Shown here piece after piece: positions 11,238-23,396 of a stretch of DNA of 64,000 nucleotides. The stretch is from contig OU015566.1 in the NCBI GenBank assembly GCA_907165135.1, positions 10,354,001-10,418,000 on the forward strand. The letters run 5' to 3'. The DNA comes from Oikopleura dioica (Eukaryota; Animalia; Chordata). Made by a program: the position numbers and the translations under genes. The notes beneath the pieces were generated by a model. The model did not search any database. It was not told the DNA's origin and worked only from the letters and a program-made list of their open reading frames with translations. Position 1 is the first letter of the stretch; each line of letters starts with the position of its first letter.

Positions 11238-13573
11238 AAAAATAAAATCTATAAAAGCCCACTGCCTTTCTTTCTGAGTTTTGCCTGAACTTTTATCTGA
11301 CGACTCAGAACGTTTGAATTGTTGATAGCAAGGAAGAAAGTTGTAAAAATAAACGTGGTACGCAGGTGAACTTTATTTTTTCAACCATCGGCATTCTTGA
11401 AGGCGATATTCTGGACTTGTTAATTAATTAACTCCTTGTCAAACCAGAGGTAACACATTTTTGAAATCCTTTTTTTGGAATTTCATGCAGTAAAATACGC
11501 GGCGGCGTTCAACTACCAGTAGGGTCCAAATTTGATAATTGGAGTTGAACATTTTTTGCATGTTTTGATGACATATGTAAATCCTGAAGTTTGGTTCAAT
11601 ATTCAGCACGCTCCAGCCGATACACAATGTTTACTGGAAGTGGTCGTGTTTTTGGTGAATCTGTGAAATAGGCCGGAAGTAGTTCCTAATGCGACATGTA
11701 ATGGTTTGGTATTTCTTTTGCAAGCGGCGGGCGCCCTGCTGGCGCCTATTGATGTCATTTTTTTCTGAGCTGCATAAGGAGTGTGTAGCTCACTCAAGGA
11801 GCATCTCAATACTCGGACAAACCCATTCGAGACCGAAATCGAAAAATACTAGCACCCTTCCGCGGGATTGAGTATCGATTCCAGCGCAAGCTGTACTTTG
11901 TAAATCATTCCCGAATTGCGGCAATTTTTGATTTTTTGATGAGTTTCGAATTGGTTACCAGTGGGAATCTTGCAGTATTTGATATGCGAATATGATTGTA
12001 AATAATGAGGATAATGAATGGGGACATGCCCGGAAAAAACAGCTGTATGCTAGGATAAGTCAGCTTGATAAATACGATTAAGTGAATTTAATAAAGAAAT
12101 CTATTGCGACAAAACAGTTTGATCAACATGTTATTTATCATATTTAATCCATCATCTGTAAATTAAATATGGCCCCATATTCTTATGTGAAGTAGCCGGC
12201 AAAATCGAACAAACCCACTCAGTAATTTCACTGAGAAAGTAGAACTGATTTTGATTGACAGGGAATTAATATTTCGTAAAACTATTTAAGTTTATCAATC
12301 AAGAAAAGCACCACAAAAAATACTATCATCATGCCGGCAAAATCCATTAAATCCACTCAACCATCTTATTCAACCAGTTTTGCCCATTCTCGCGAAATGC
12401 ACGAGATTTTCCATCCCCCGGATAATCAGCTCCTTGAGGCTTCGAGAAGGCTGGAAGTATAAATCCATCCTCAAGTTTCGCTACCGCTATCTCAAATTGC
12501 ATAATAACGCCCTTCATAACTTCAGAGAAAAAAAGGTTGGCCAAACATGTTTCATTGCAAATATAACATTCAGATTGCGCAAGAAATATAGCTGGCAAGT
12601 GTTTTTGTAAACATATGTCGAAGAGATTTTCAGCTCGTGTTTACTGCAAATATTCTTGACGTGAACGTATGTAATACTGTTTTTCTATAAAGATCGGTAT
12701 TTTGGGTCGTAAAGAATAATTTAATTTTAAAAAATATCAAATTAACTTTTGAGGAATTCGACTGCGAACCCAAAATAGTGTAAGTCACCTTCGGGTTGTC
12801 AAAAGTTAGGATAATGAAGCACCTTGACACTCGCTCTCCAGAAGGGGATGACACTTGTTGAACTTACACCCCTCTGAGGATTGGGCGGTATTTCTTTTAC
12901 GTGAAATTTTTATGTAAAATGTGAAGATTCACAATGATCTTCAAGACTTGAAAGAAACGCCTAAGTAGTCGTATTTTCGCTCGAAAAATAGTTCCTGGAT
13001 ACGTGCCGCTGGTACTTGACAGGTTATATTCATTTCGCGGGTGCTAGAATATGCAGTGAGGGTGACAAATGCTCCGGAATCACTAACCGCTATTTACGCA
13101 GCTAAAGATAAAACGCGTTGACGTCAGTACTAAAATGCTATAAGTTCGACCAAATAACAAGCCGTTTTCTATTTTCTAGCTCTTGGCGGGACTTATTGGG
13201 ATCTTATGGGCTTTTAAGAAGAAGGTTTACATAATAACAAACACGAACAGAATTTCGTCATTGAAAATATCTCTTGCGTCAAAAAACGTCAAGAAAGGTG
13301 CATCGTTGGTGGCGTTGGTGGTATGTAACATTGTGGCGGATCTTCGGTGTAATCTTTTGAATCCGTCGAAGAGCAAATTACTTTCTGGTTTGAACATTTG
13401 TAAGGCAACCACAGCCGAGGGGCCTGAATCGACTAACTTAGCGCAAATACGTTGACGCCTCGAAGGATACGATTAGCTCGTGTTCAAGGCCACACTACCT
13501 AGAACCGCTGTTCCCTTAGCTTGCAAGCGATAGAATTTCGCAAGAATTACCTAAGTTCATAAATTGTTTTTAA

Positions 13574-14777
13574 TCAGAACAGCGCAAGAAGCATCAACAG
13601 TAAAGAAAGAAAAGCAGAGAAAGTTTTTACGTGAGAACTTCCCTCGATATCAGGGTCATACTCTTCTGCAAGAATCGTCAAGTCAAATCCCCTGTACTGG
13701 ATAGTATAGTCTGACCAAAATTTCATATCGAATTCAGCCATGTTCTTTGACGGGTAAACAACAAGTGGGTCCGGCTAAAAAATTTGCTTTACTGTAAGAA
13801 CTGATATGCTTACAATGGTTCGTCCGCAGTACTTTCTTCCGTTGATCGAAAGATAATCGCGGCAATCGCCGCTCGAGAACATTTCAATGTAAATGTCGTG
13901 GAACTCCAAGGTTAGTTTATAATCAGAAACGATCTTGCGTTTGCAATTGGAACTGGAGTAATAGTCTTTTGGGTAGCGCGAGGAGTGAACTTTGATGTAC
14001 TCGCCGGCTCTCAGTAGAGTTACGTCTTCTAGTGAAGAAGAGCAAATACTATACGATCCAAGGAAAAAAGGATCAACCGTCGTCGTTGTTGTTGTTGTAG
14101 TCGTGGTAGTTGTAGTTGTAGTGGTTGTCGTTGAAGTTGTTGTTGTCGTTGTTGTCGAAATAAAATCTTCCTCACTTCTGATCGTCAGGTCGAATCCTCG
14201 TCTTCCGTTTATATAGCGTGAATAAAATTTCAGCTCGAAGGATGCGTCAGAAGATGCATTAGAATCACTGGAGTAGTTTGCCGGATACTTGGCCATTGTT
14301 GGGGGCTATAAATAAATTTTTAACTTTTGATTGCCAATAAATCCTTACGATTGAGTCGCCACAGAATTTTACTCCATCTACTGAAAGATAATCGTAGCAT
14401 GAGCCTGAAGAGCTGCTTTCAAGTTCCATATCATGGAAACTGAGAACCAAAATCTTATCCGAAGATATTGTTATTGTACAGCTGTTGTAGCCATCATAGT
14501 TTTCAGGATAATTTGGTGAGTGGATGTTTATACTTTGCTCTTCTTTCAGGACTTTTGAGCTCATGTTGCAGATGTCATAAGACCCGAGAAAATCATCAGC
14601 GAGAGTTGAGTTTTCCGTTACTGAAACAATTGTTGTATATTCTTCGTATTCGGTCTGGCTTGAAACAGACGTGGTAAAAAATTCTCCAGTTGTGATTTGA
14701 TTTTCTACCACCTGATTCGGCTGCTTTACCAGCTCGGAAACTGCTGTTGATAGAAAAAAGTAGATAAATTTTCTCAT
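13574..14777 (-). CDS. Secreted/GPI-type protein: signal peptide, S/T-rich stalk, CUB, poly-Thr, CUB, hydrophobic tail
   Basis: CUB motifs IHSPNYPENY..C, CYDYLSVDGVKFCG, and VHSSRYPKDY..C, CRDYLSINGRKYCG; last exon PDPLVVYP...FWSDYTIQYRGFDLTI...SAFLSLLLMLLALF*; 3 exons, GT-AG. Confidence 0.85.
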
Positions 14778-15000
14778 TTCGACACGAATGAAAAAAAAAT
14801 GTTAGCGAATATATGGGCTGTGGTGTTTGAGAATACTAAACGTAGGAAATGTTATCCTGAACTTTTCCAACGTTGCTAACGTTTCAGTTTATTTGCTTTA
14901 TTCATAATTATTCAGACAAAAAATCATCTGTGACTCAAATTCTGCGGAAATTTCTGAAAGCTTTTCCCAGGAATTTTTCAACATTTCTGGTGAAACAAAT

Positions 15001-15978
15001 TTACAGTACGAAGGTCAGGATTAAGCAACAGAAAGAAAAAATAATTGTTAAACTGCCATTTCCTTCATTTTCTGGCTCATACTCTGCACGTATCGTCAAA
15101 TTGAATCCAGTAAATTGTCTCGATTCATCTGACCAGAAAAGTAAATCGAATTCAGCCTTCTTTTGCGTGGTTGGTTTTTTAACAATCGATTTTGGCTAAA
15201 GATAAATGATTTTTATCAATAAAACAGCTATTTCTTTAAACTCTCAACTTACGATTGTCTTCCCACAAAATTTTTGTCCGTTGACAGAAAGATAGTCGAT
15301 GCATCTTTCAACAGATTCTTCTATGTCTATAAAATTGAAATCAAGGACCATCTTATTATTTGACGATAGCTTCAATTTGCAATTCGAGTTAGGGTTGTAA
15401 TTATTCGGGTAATTAGCAGAATGAACATGAATGATTTCTCCACCAACTAATGGCTCAAATTCATCCGGGGAATCTGAGCAGATGCTGTAGTTTCCAAGAT
15501 TGCCAACATTATCAAGAGCAGTTGTCGTTGTGGTTGCTTTTGTTGTGGTTGTCGATTGTGTAGTAGACCGTGTCCTTGTTGTTGATAATTGAGTTGTAGT
15601 TGTCGACTTTGTGGTCGATTCGGTGGTCGTTGTAGACTTTGTAGTTGTTGTTGTCGAAATCGTTGTAGACTGTGTTGTCGTTTTGGAAGTTGTAGTTGTC
15701 GTCGTTGTAGTTTTGGATGTTGTTGATGTTTTCGTTGTTGAATTTGTCGTCTGCGTAGTTGATAGTGTAGTCGAGTTCGTAGTGGTTGTTGCTTGAGAAG
15801 TTGGCTTAGTAGTTGATGTTGTTCCGGTACTATGCGTGGTGAAAGTTGTTGATGAAGTGATCAATGTCGAAGTCGTTGAGTTGATTGGAGGATCAATTGT
15901 GGTGAAATTTTGGACATTGATTGGTGGCCTCGATATCTCTGATGCAAAAATAAGCGAAATTACTGTAAAGAAAATCAT
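15001..15978 (-). CDS. Secreted/GPI-type protein: signal peptide, long Thr-rich mucin stalk, CUB, hydrophobic tail
   Basis: MIFFTVISLIFAS..., about 110 aa Thr-rich region, VHSANYPNNY..C..CIDYLSVNGQKFCG; exon 2 PKSIV...FWSDESRQFTGFNLTI...IIFSFCCLILTFVL*. Confidence 0.85.
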
Positions 15979-16237
15979 TTTCTCCAGTATTTGTGAAGCG
16001 AACGCCCCTCTTTAACAATTTATACTCGTATAACGATATAATAAACGGTATATTTGAGGATCATTGACACTGTTTCATGAACGATGTAAGCGTTAATAAG
16101 ATGGACGAAGGTAGGAGCGGTAAAATTATAAGTGTTTTTCATACAACAATGCCATCTGCACGCACGTGACCTCATGATCACTCAAACGTTAATAGATTTA
16201 GAGTTCATTGACTAATCATCAGTTTATTTTAGTGGTA

Positions 16238-16877
16238 TCAGAGAAATATAAAAAAGACAAGAAACAGGGAAATTTTGATGAAAGCGGCGTCACTGGCAGT
16301 GCTTACGGTAAGATTGAATCCTTCGTGGTTTAAACTTTGATCAGAATAAAACTTCATCAGAAATGAATTGTGGAACTCTTTTCTCGTCGGCTAAGCAAGG
16401 ATTATTTTGAGATTTATGGTGATTTCCTACCTTATAAGGTCCACATAGCTTTTGATAATTTCCCGTGTCTGTTTGATTGAAAAGGAGGTAATCCGGGCAT
16501 TCGTAAGAACCACCTCCAGCTTTTACTGCTGGGTACCACTCGAGTTGAAAATGGTCGAAATCAACATAAAGTGGTCCGTCGACTTGTCTTGATGATATCG
16601 TGACATTGCATTCAGTGGAACTCGGATAGGTCCCCGGATAGTTTGGCGAATGGATATTGATGCAACCGCCTTCTTCGATAATTATTTCTTTGTCGATATT
16701 ATCTGCAATATCACAGATGTTCACTAGTTTCAAAAAATTATATTTCATAACTGCGGATTTGTTACCATCAAGGATTGCAGCGTCATTTGAGCAGATTGGG
16801 ATTTTGTACTCTGTTTTTCGGGGCAATAAATCGGAAGCGCCCGGTGATCCGAATATTGCAAGGAATAGAAAAATCAT
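16238..16877 (-). CDS. Secreted/GPI-type single-CUB protein
   Basis: MIFLFLAIFG...IHSPNYPGTYPSSTECNVTI...CPDYLLF...LCGPYK|PTRKEFHNSFLMKFYSDQSLNHEGFNLTV...ISLFLVFFIFL*; intron 16391-16430. Confidence 0.85.
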
Positions 16878-19800
16878 ATTTTTATGTCTCTGAAAAGATT
16901 GAACGTCAAGGTGTTCTTTTTCCACTCAGAACACTTCCCTGGGACATTTACTTATCGTAATTTTGGGAAAAGTCATCGCCTCATTTCGCCATTTTTATGG
17001 CGTTCCGAATTTTACAGAAGAAACTGACAGTATCTTTCCAATTCTGAGAGCTTCCGTCGGATGACTACTGGACCCTGATTAAAGATGCCTTTTGGTATCC
17101 TGCTGAGAGGCGTGATAAGAGACCGAAATATCCTGCCGAGTTACCCAGATTAGATACACGGGTTACGTTATCGACTGAAAATTGCGCGCAACGCGTGGCA
17201 CTAACCGTCAATTCTAGCGGAAGAATTATAATTCACGTTTCATTGCCAGAAAGGATTCATCATCTTCTTAGAAAAAGAAAGTTACTGATAAGGGTGGTAG
17301 CAAACACCATCGATAATTGATAAGAAAGTCATAATTCGCGCTAGAATTGTGACACTCGTGACTTGTTTTAGTAAATTCGTCCCGATGAACACTTCTGTTT
17401 TTCGACTTCTGTTTGGCGAAATGTGAGATAACAAGAGAATTTCTAGTTTTATCAGGCTGATCTTATCCAACGCCGGATTTGACGTGGATCCCCTGCCCAA
17501 ATTTTTTCTCGGGAGGACTGAGCGGGAGCGTGAATTTTGCACAATCCCGTGAATCAGTCGATTCCGAGCGAGCTGAATATGTGACGGTCTGAGCCGGAAT
17601 GACAAAACTAGAGGAGTCAAAGTAAACTTCCGCAAAATGACTACTTCGTAAGACTCAACTCTTTCGGATTTGGTACTGATAAGTGATGATAAGAGATGGA
17701 AATCGCCAGCGCTTGTTTATTACTACACTTCTTTGCTATCTTGGTGGCCAAAATATGAGGTTATGCTTTGTTCTGATTCGGTTCTCGGAAAGATAACTCG
17801 ATTTGGATTCAAAAATTAGTGGACTCTCGGTCAGAAACCTGCGTTTTTCAAAACGAAAAAGGCTTGAGAATAAATCGTTCTTGTTTTTTCGCACCTGCGC
17901 GTTCCATTTTCATATTTGCTGACGATGCACCTTGACGGATCAGATTTTCTTGAGCCTCTTTCGGTTTTTTTTTTCATATATTTTTTCGGCGGCAATGATG
18001 CAAGAGCTCATATCGTAAGTATGATCCGTAGCAAAGGGTTAATTAAATTTTAATTTGAAGAATGGAACACCAAGTCTCAAAAGCGACCACCTCAACAAGG
18101 GAAAATCCAAAACACAATGAGGTGTAATTGATTAGGATAAATCTAAGTTCTTGTTGACCCATCATTATTTGGACCAAAATACCACAAACGTCATCCTAGT
18201 TTGTGAATTTCTATCCCTAGCGGAACTTGCTGATTGTTTTTAAGGCCAGAAGTGTTTGGTTAGTATTTACACTTGTTTTCTAAGCGCTTTTATAAGAAGG
18301 AAAAACAGTCATTTAGTAAATAACTGCTTAATTTTTAGGATAAAATAGCTCTTTATTTCGACCGTTGTAGTTTGACTTCAAGAAAGAAATTTCATTGATG
18401 CCAAAAAATTTTCTTTTCGTTAAAAATTCAAATGAGCAACGAGTGCTCCAGAATTCCATCACGTGACCTCCCGTCGCAATGACGTCAATGCCTTCCAGAT
18501 GCAAAGATGAGGAAATTTGTTGCTGCGGAAAATTAGGGGCGGCGCCGAAATTTCGCCTTGTCGTGCATTCGAAGGTTCCATTCCAAAGTGGACAAAGTGT
18601 TTTCCAATTAGCAGTTTGCCCATTTCTCTGAGAGTTGCGCAAAGGTGAGTCTGAGTTAGATTAGCGGGCACCATTTGCGATCAGATGACCGCGCAAATTG
18701 TCGGCTCTAGCCTCTTCCGCGACAAATTATTTCCTAAAGGCATAAGGCTTCCGAGATGAGAAAATAAGGGTTCCATTTCAAGAAAAAAAGGGATTGCAAA
18801 ATCTTTAGCTTATCCAGAAGCCATTTTTTGCCGCAGTTTTTTAACAAAAAAAAGTTAGAATAGACTATTCTGAATAGTTATAATAACTAATCATTTTTTC
18901 TGTTGTAAAAGCCGCAGTTGCGGCTTTCTGCTTTATTTAAGTCGACTTACCAATATATCTTATACTGTATAAAAGGACAAAGAATAATATTTATTCCAAG
19001 ACATAAACAGTACAATGAATATGTATAAAAGAAATCGTTCAATTTGTATTGAACAAAGATGGGCTCCAGATCGTCGAGAGAGGCGCAGGCGCGCGCGCCT
19101 ATTCGAGATCATGAGTTTTCATGATTGCGAGAGAGCCCGCCGCTCGGAGCGCCACCTGGTGTGCGCGCGCCGATTCTTCCCACTCGTCTTTCTTTTTTCG
19201 TCATTTACACTTGGAATACCGAAGTGATTTGAGGGGCAACGGTGGCGTCTTAGGTAAGAGAAAAATAAGAGAGATCAAGAGAAATTTATAACAAAGAAAT
19301 GAAATCTGCAAGAAAAAGTTATCGACGAAGAATTTTAGCTTACACCTCACTTTTCTTTTTTTTCTTAAAGACGCCGCGCGCGGCTTTCAATACAGTTCTA
19401 ATTAAGTAATTTGAGGGGTATTTTAAGTTTGAAAAAATATTTTTATTGAAAAAATTATTGATTTTTTTCCCTAAATTTATATTTAAGTCTCTGACGAAAG
19501 TCTCGCTCAAACGACAACTGGCACTTTTCCTGCCAATCTTATATATTCCGCCTTCAATTACAAAGGAGTTAATTCGAGCTTTGCAAAAAGCCATATCGAG
19601 ACTACCTTTATTGAGCACCAATTCAACCGCAAAAGAAATTTTGCAGAGCGAAAAACGACTAAAGCTTTTAAACAAGCCATAAATACGCCGATCCCGAGCC
19701 ATTACTTTTACCTTTAAAAGTTCTACTCATATCAAGGTAAGAAAACTCAACCAAAGATCTCCGCTAACTGCAATTTTAAGAGATAAATCCGAAGCAAAGC

Positions 19801-20490
19801 AGAAACCTGTTTGAATAAAACTACGTCTTCTGCCAATTTGAGCTCGTCTGTCTTGAACCAAAGACTTACTTTTGAGAGTTTACACAGAACAAAACAAAAC
19901 CCCTGCTTATCCATGATAGCCAACCTCTTTTCCCCCTTGACACAGAAGAAAACGACAAATATGAAACAAAAAACTACTTTGAGGAATCTACTGAAACTTT
20001 CTCTTTTTATTGCTGGAACGAATGCTGATCGCCTACCATGTCAAACAGGTAAGATAAAGAAAGATCGAAAGAAACAGTCGCGGGTTCGAGTCAAGGCATT
20101 GACATAATTTCTTCGTAAAAAACTTATAATTTACAATTTATTTATTGAGAGGTGATACCCTTAACCCAGAGTTCTTTTTTTCTATTTTTTGATCTGTTAA
20201 TGAACCCAAAGAATTTGCGAATTAGGGCAGCTTTTGAAACTAATCCCTCAATGAATTCGGCTGAGGCGGCTTTTCTACATTTTCAAGTTGATTTCAAGAA
20301 TTGAAGAAAACCGAAAATGGGCGGAATTGCGGTCTGTGCTCGGTGCAATTGACGTCACCGTATATCACCAAACTTGGTGGTGCCTGGGCCGCAATCCTAA
20401 TCGTATTTATTTATTCCCGCTTTGAAATTAACCCTGATCGCGTTAGCCAATCCAGCATAGAAAACTAAAAATTTTCTACTGCGAAATACT

Positions 20491-20582
20491 AGAAGCCGCT
20501 TGCGGCTTCGAGCGAAAATCGTGGAAAAACCGCGCTTTGAGCGGCACTATTTTTCTTGGACTCGAAGCCGCAAGCGGCTTCT
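20491..20582. repeat. Small foldback (MITE-like) with AAGCCGC-n-GCGGCTT hairpins
   Basis: Perfect 22-bp inverted repeat AGAAGCCGCTTGCGGCTTCGAG (20491-20512) / CTCGAAGCCGCAAGCGGCTTCT (20561-20582); weaker symmetry extends further out. Confidence 0.75.
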
Positions 20583-21751
20583 CGATTTTTAGCCGCGGAA
20601 TCAGTTTTTCAGGTCGTAAACTTTTTAGTTCTTGGTGTTTCACTCGATTACAAAAAACGTGGCCAAGGTTCTACCGCCCCGTTGCGAATCCATTTCCGGT
20701 TTTATTTCTAAGCTGCCCAAAAAGCCAGAAAGCAGGGAGAGCCAAAAAAATTAGTTGGACCGTGTTCCACTAACACAAGCATAAGACAGCGGTGATTCAC
20801 AGAAATGTCAAAGCAACTTATGGAACGTCGGCTTCCGGAGGTGGTGAAAGGGCAGAAAGAAAGAAAACGGGATATTTTTCTTAAAGATTTTCTTCGGCGA
20901 CTTAGGAGGATCCAGAGAAAGGAGCAAAATTACGGGTTTGGCGAAAACGAACTCTGTTATTCTCATGTTGACCAGGGAAAATAAATGGGCCCTTGAAAAT
21001 GTCGCAGAAGAAAATAGGAGCACTAGAATGCAGAGAAGTGTGATAACCAGGCGTGGATTTGGACAACAGCAGGCGATAAACCGCGCTATCTTGCACAAGT
21101 CCAGGTCTTTCTAAAAGACGGATCTGTACACGTTCACAAGGTCTTAGAAAATTAAGGGTATACCAAACGATATTTTGCGAAAAGAAGATGTCGATATTTT
21201 TAAAATAATAAGGCTCTTATGGCCGATTTATAGTCGATCAAGCTCTTTGCTCAAGGATCTAAGTGGGCTAAAAAAATTTCAAATTTTCGAAACTTAAAAT
21301 TCCTTTTCGAGATATTCGCAAGGACGGGAGGTGATAACTGCGGTTTTGTGATACTCGCTATCTTCCTTTCCGCCGCACGTCATCCCTCTATCGGAAGGCT
21401 TCTATTCCCTAAAATTCTGGAATTCGAGCTTACCCAATGTGCCTGTCTCTTTTCTCAGAATCGGTTCAATTTCCTTACGCAACATGCTCGGAAACAAGCT
21501 CGTTTGGGAGAAACTACTACTCGCAAATCATTTGACAAAGTACCGAAAGTCTAGAGCATCACTTCCGTTTGCAATCGGTATATCCTTAATTAAGCTGATC
21601 CTTGATCAAATTTGCATATGATGATCGATTAGAATGCTTCCGGAAAATACAAATATTGCTAAACAAAAATTCTTTGAAAGAGAGTTAGGCTATCCGTCTA
21701 ATTTGTGTTAGGGTAAAGGACCTTTACTAAAGGTTAGGGTTATCTTCATAT

Positions 21752-21846
21752 AGTGACACCCTTAATTTTGATCTAATAAAATCTAAGCTAAATGATAATT
21801 GGACTTTTAATTCTTATTTTTTCAAAATGAAAATAAGGGTGTCACT
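21752..21846. repeat. 95-bp inverted-repeat element, possible MITE remnant
   Basis: 13-bp perfect IR AGTGACACCCTTA / TAAGGGTGTCACT; no clear TSD; TTAGGG words just upstream. Confidence 0.5.
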
Positions 21847-22465
21847 TTGAAAACTCTCAGAAAAAAATCAACTTTTAGGTTTTGTTAACACTATCCTTTA
21901 AATTAATCAACTAAAGAATAAAAGCCTTCCGAGAAACAAGCTCATGACTCGAACATAACGTTGTCATGTCTGAATTGACAAATATCATTTTCACACCTTT
22001 CAATATCTGTCGTCACCTTGGGATGACATGAACATATGTCGGCATATATAGTTAGAGTGTAATAAATGACATCAGCGATTCAATAAATTACTGCTAGACA
22101 GAATTTTACGCCCGCTCTAATTTATAATTTTTCGTAAAATTTCTCTCGTAACATCTTCTCATAAGAATAAGGAAAATTTTCATAAAATCTCTTACGAAAA
22201 AATTTAAACCGCTTCCGATAGGAGAAGGTACACGTTTTTATGTTTTTGATTCGCTCAAATATTTGGATTATGTTTCCGTGCTCCAGTTGCGGAATAAAAA
22301 AGGAAAAACATTCGATCACAAATAAGAAGTTGTTTTACACGAGTTCCAACATAATAAACACTTGATTTACCCTCCAGTCTCCAAGTCTGCAACCCCCTTA
22401 AAACCATTTTCAATGAAAAAAAGGTTCCCTCAAACTATATTTTAATTAGAAGTGATTTGGGCTCG

Positions 22466-22692
22466 GCAATTTGTGAAAAAATCTGAGTCTGGGTCTGGAA
22501 AGTCTACAATGAAAAGCCGCGTAGCGGCTTTTTTTGAAAATAAAGCCGAGAAGCGGCTTCGCCGGAATTTTGAAATTTTCTGAAAAATTTATTTTGCAAA
22601 GCCGCTTTGCGGCTTCGTTTTCGAAAAAGCCGCTACGCGGCTTTTCATTGGAGATCTTCCGGACCCTGAGTCAGGTTTTCTTCACAGGTTGC
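22466..22692. mobile_element. Foldback/MITE of about 230 bp with four internal AAGCCG-n-GCGGCTT hairpins
   Basis: Long imperfect IR, e.g. CAATGAAAAGCCGCGTAGCGGCTTTTT versus AAAAAGCCGCTACGCGGCTTTTCATTG; ends and TSD not resolved. Confidence 0.8.
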
Positions 22693-23396
22693 TGCCTAGG
22701 ATGTGATTGAGTTTTCTACGAAGGTTGATAATGACGGTAAAATACGGTTGAAGAATTTTGACATAAGCTGTGATCAACTTCAGAAAATCGGAGACGTATT
22801 AGGCGGTTTTACATTCCACCGATCTTATCTCGCCCGAGTTCTAGTAAAATGGCGAAATCTTGTTGATTTATTTGACGACTTTGACTTGAAGGATCGATGC
22901 ACTTTTTCAAAATTAGAAATTATTTTTATGAGTCAGAAAACTATTTATAATACGAAATTTTTACTGTAAAGAAAAAAATTTATTGGCAGTACATGATTTT
23001 CTTATGTCTGATTTTTTGACTATTTTGGGAAGGCGTGAGAATTGAATTATTTTTAATCTGACGTAATCAATCAGTCCTTTTGCTCCAGGATTGAGTTTTT
23101 TTTTTGTAAACTTGAAACACGTTAGACTTTTAAAACGACGCCGGGTTCAGTTAATCTCTGCTGGCATAGTAAACATGGGCTCTTTAGAGTTGCCGAAAAC
23201 ACACAACTCGAATAGTAATATGTAACAACTAGCGAGTGAATAATCTCGGCTCTCTTCATTTTTTCTAGTAATAGAAGGTTTCCCTTTTTGAACGTGCTCA
23301 AGCCGGAGACTTGAACCCGCGACCTGATGAAGTCAGCCCTAATCTTCTCGGCTCTTCATATTAAAATTTTGCGAGATTATGACATTCTCTTTTTAG

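Noticed and set aside
13992-14216. Poly-Val plus-strand ORFs (also 15611-15796)
   Set aside because: They are antisense shadows of the Thr-rich mucin segments of the CUB genes
20150-21162. ATACCCTTAA / TTAAGGGTAT pair as TIRs of a 1 kb element
   Set aside because: Only 10 bp, with no TSD; could be chance
23292-23340. tRNA-like T-loop (CAGGTCGCGGGTTCAAGTC on the minus strand)
   Set aside because: No acceptor stem, D arm or anticodon arm can be folded; at most a box-B/SINE relic
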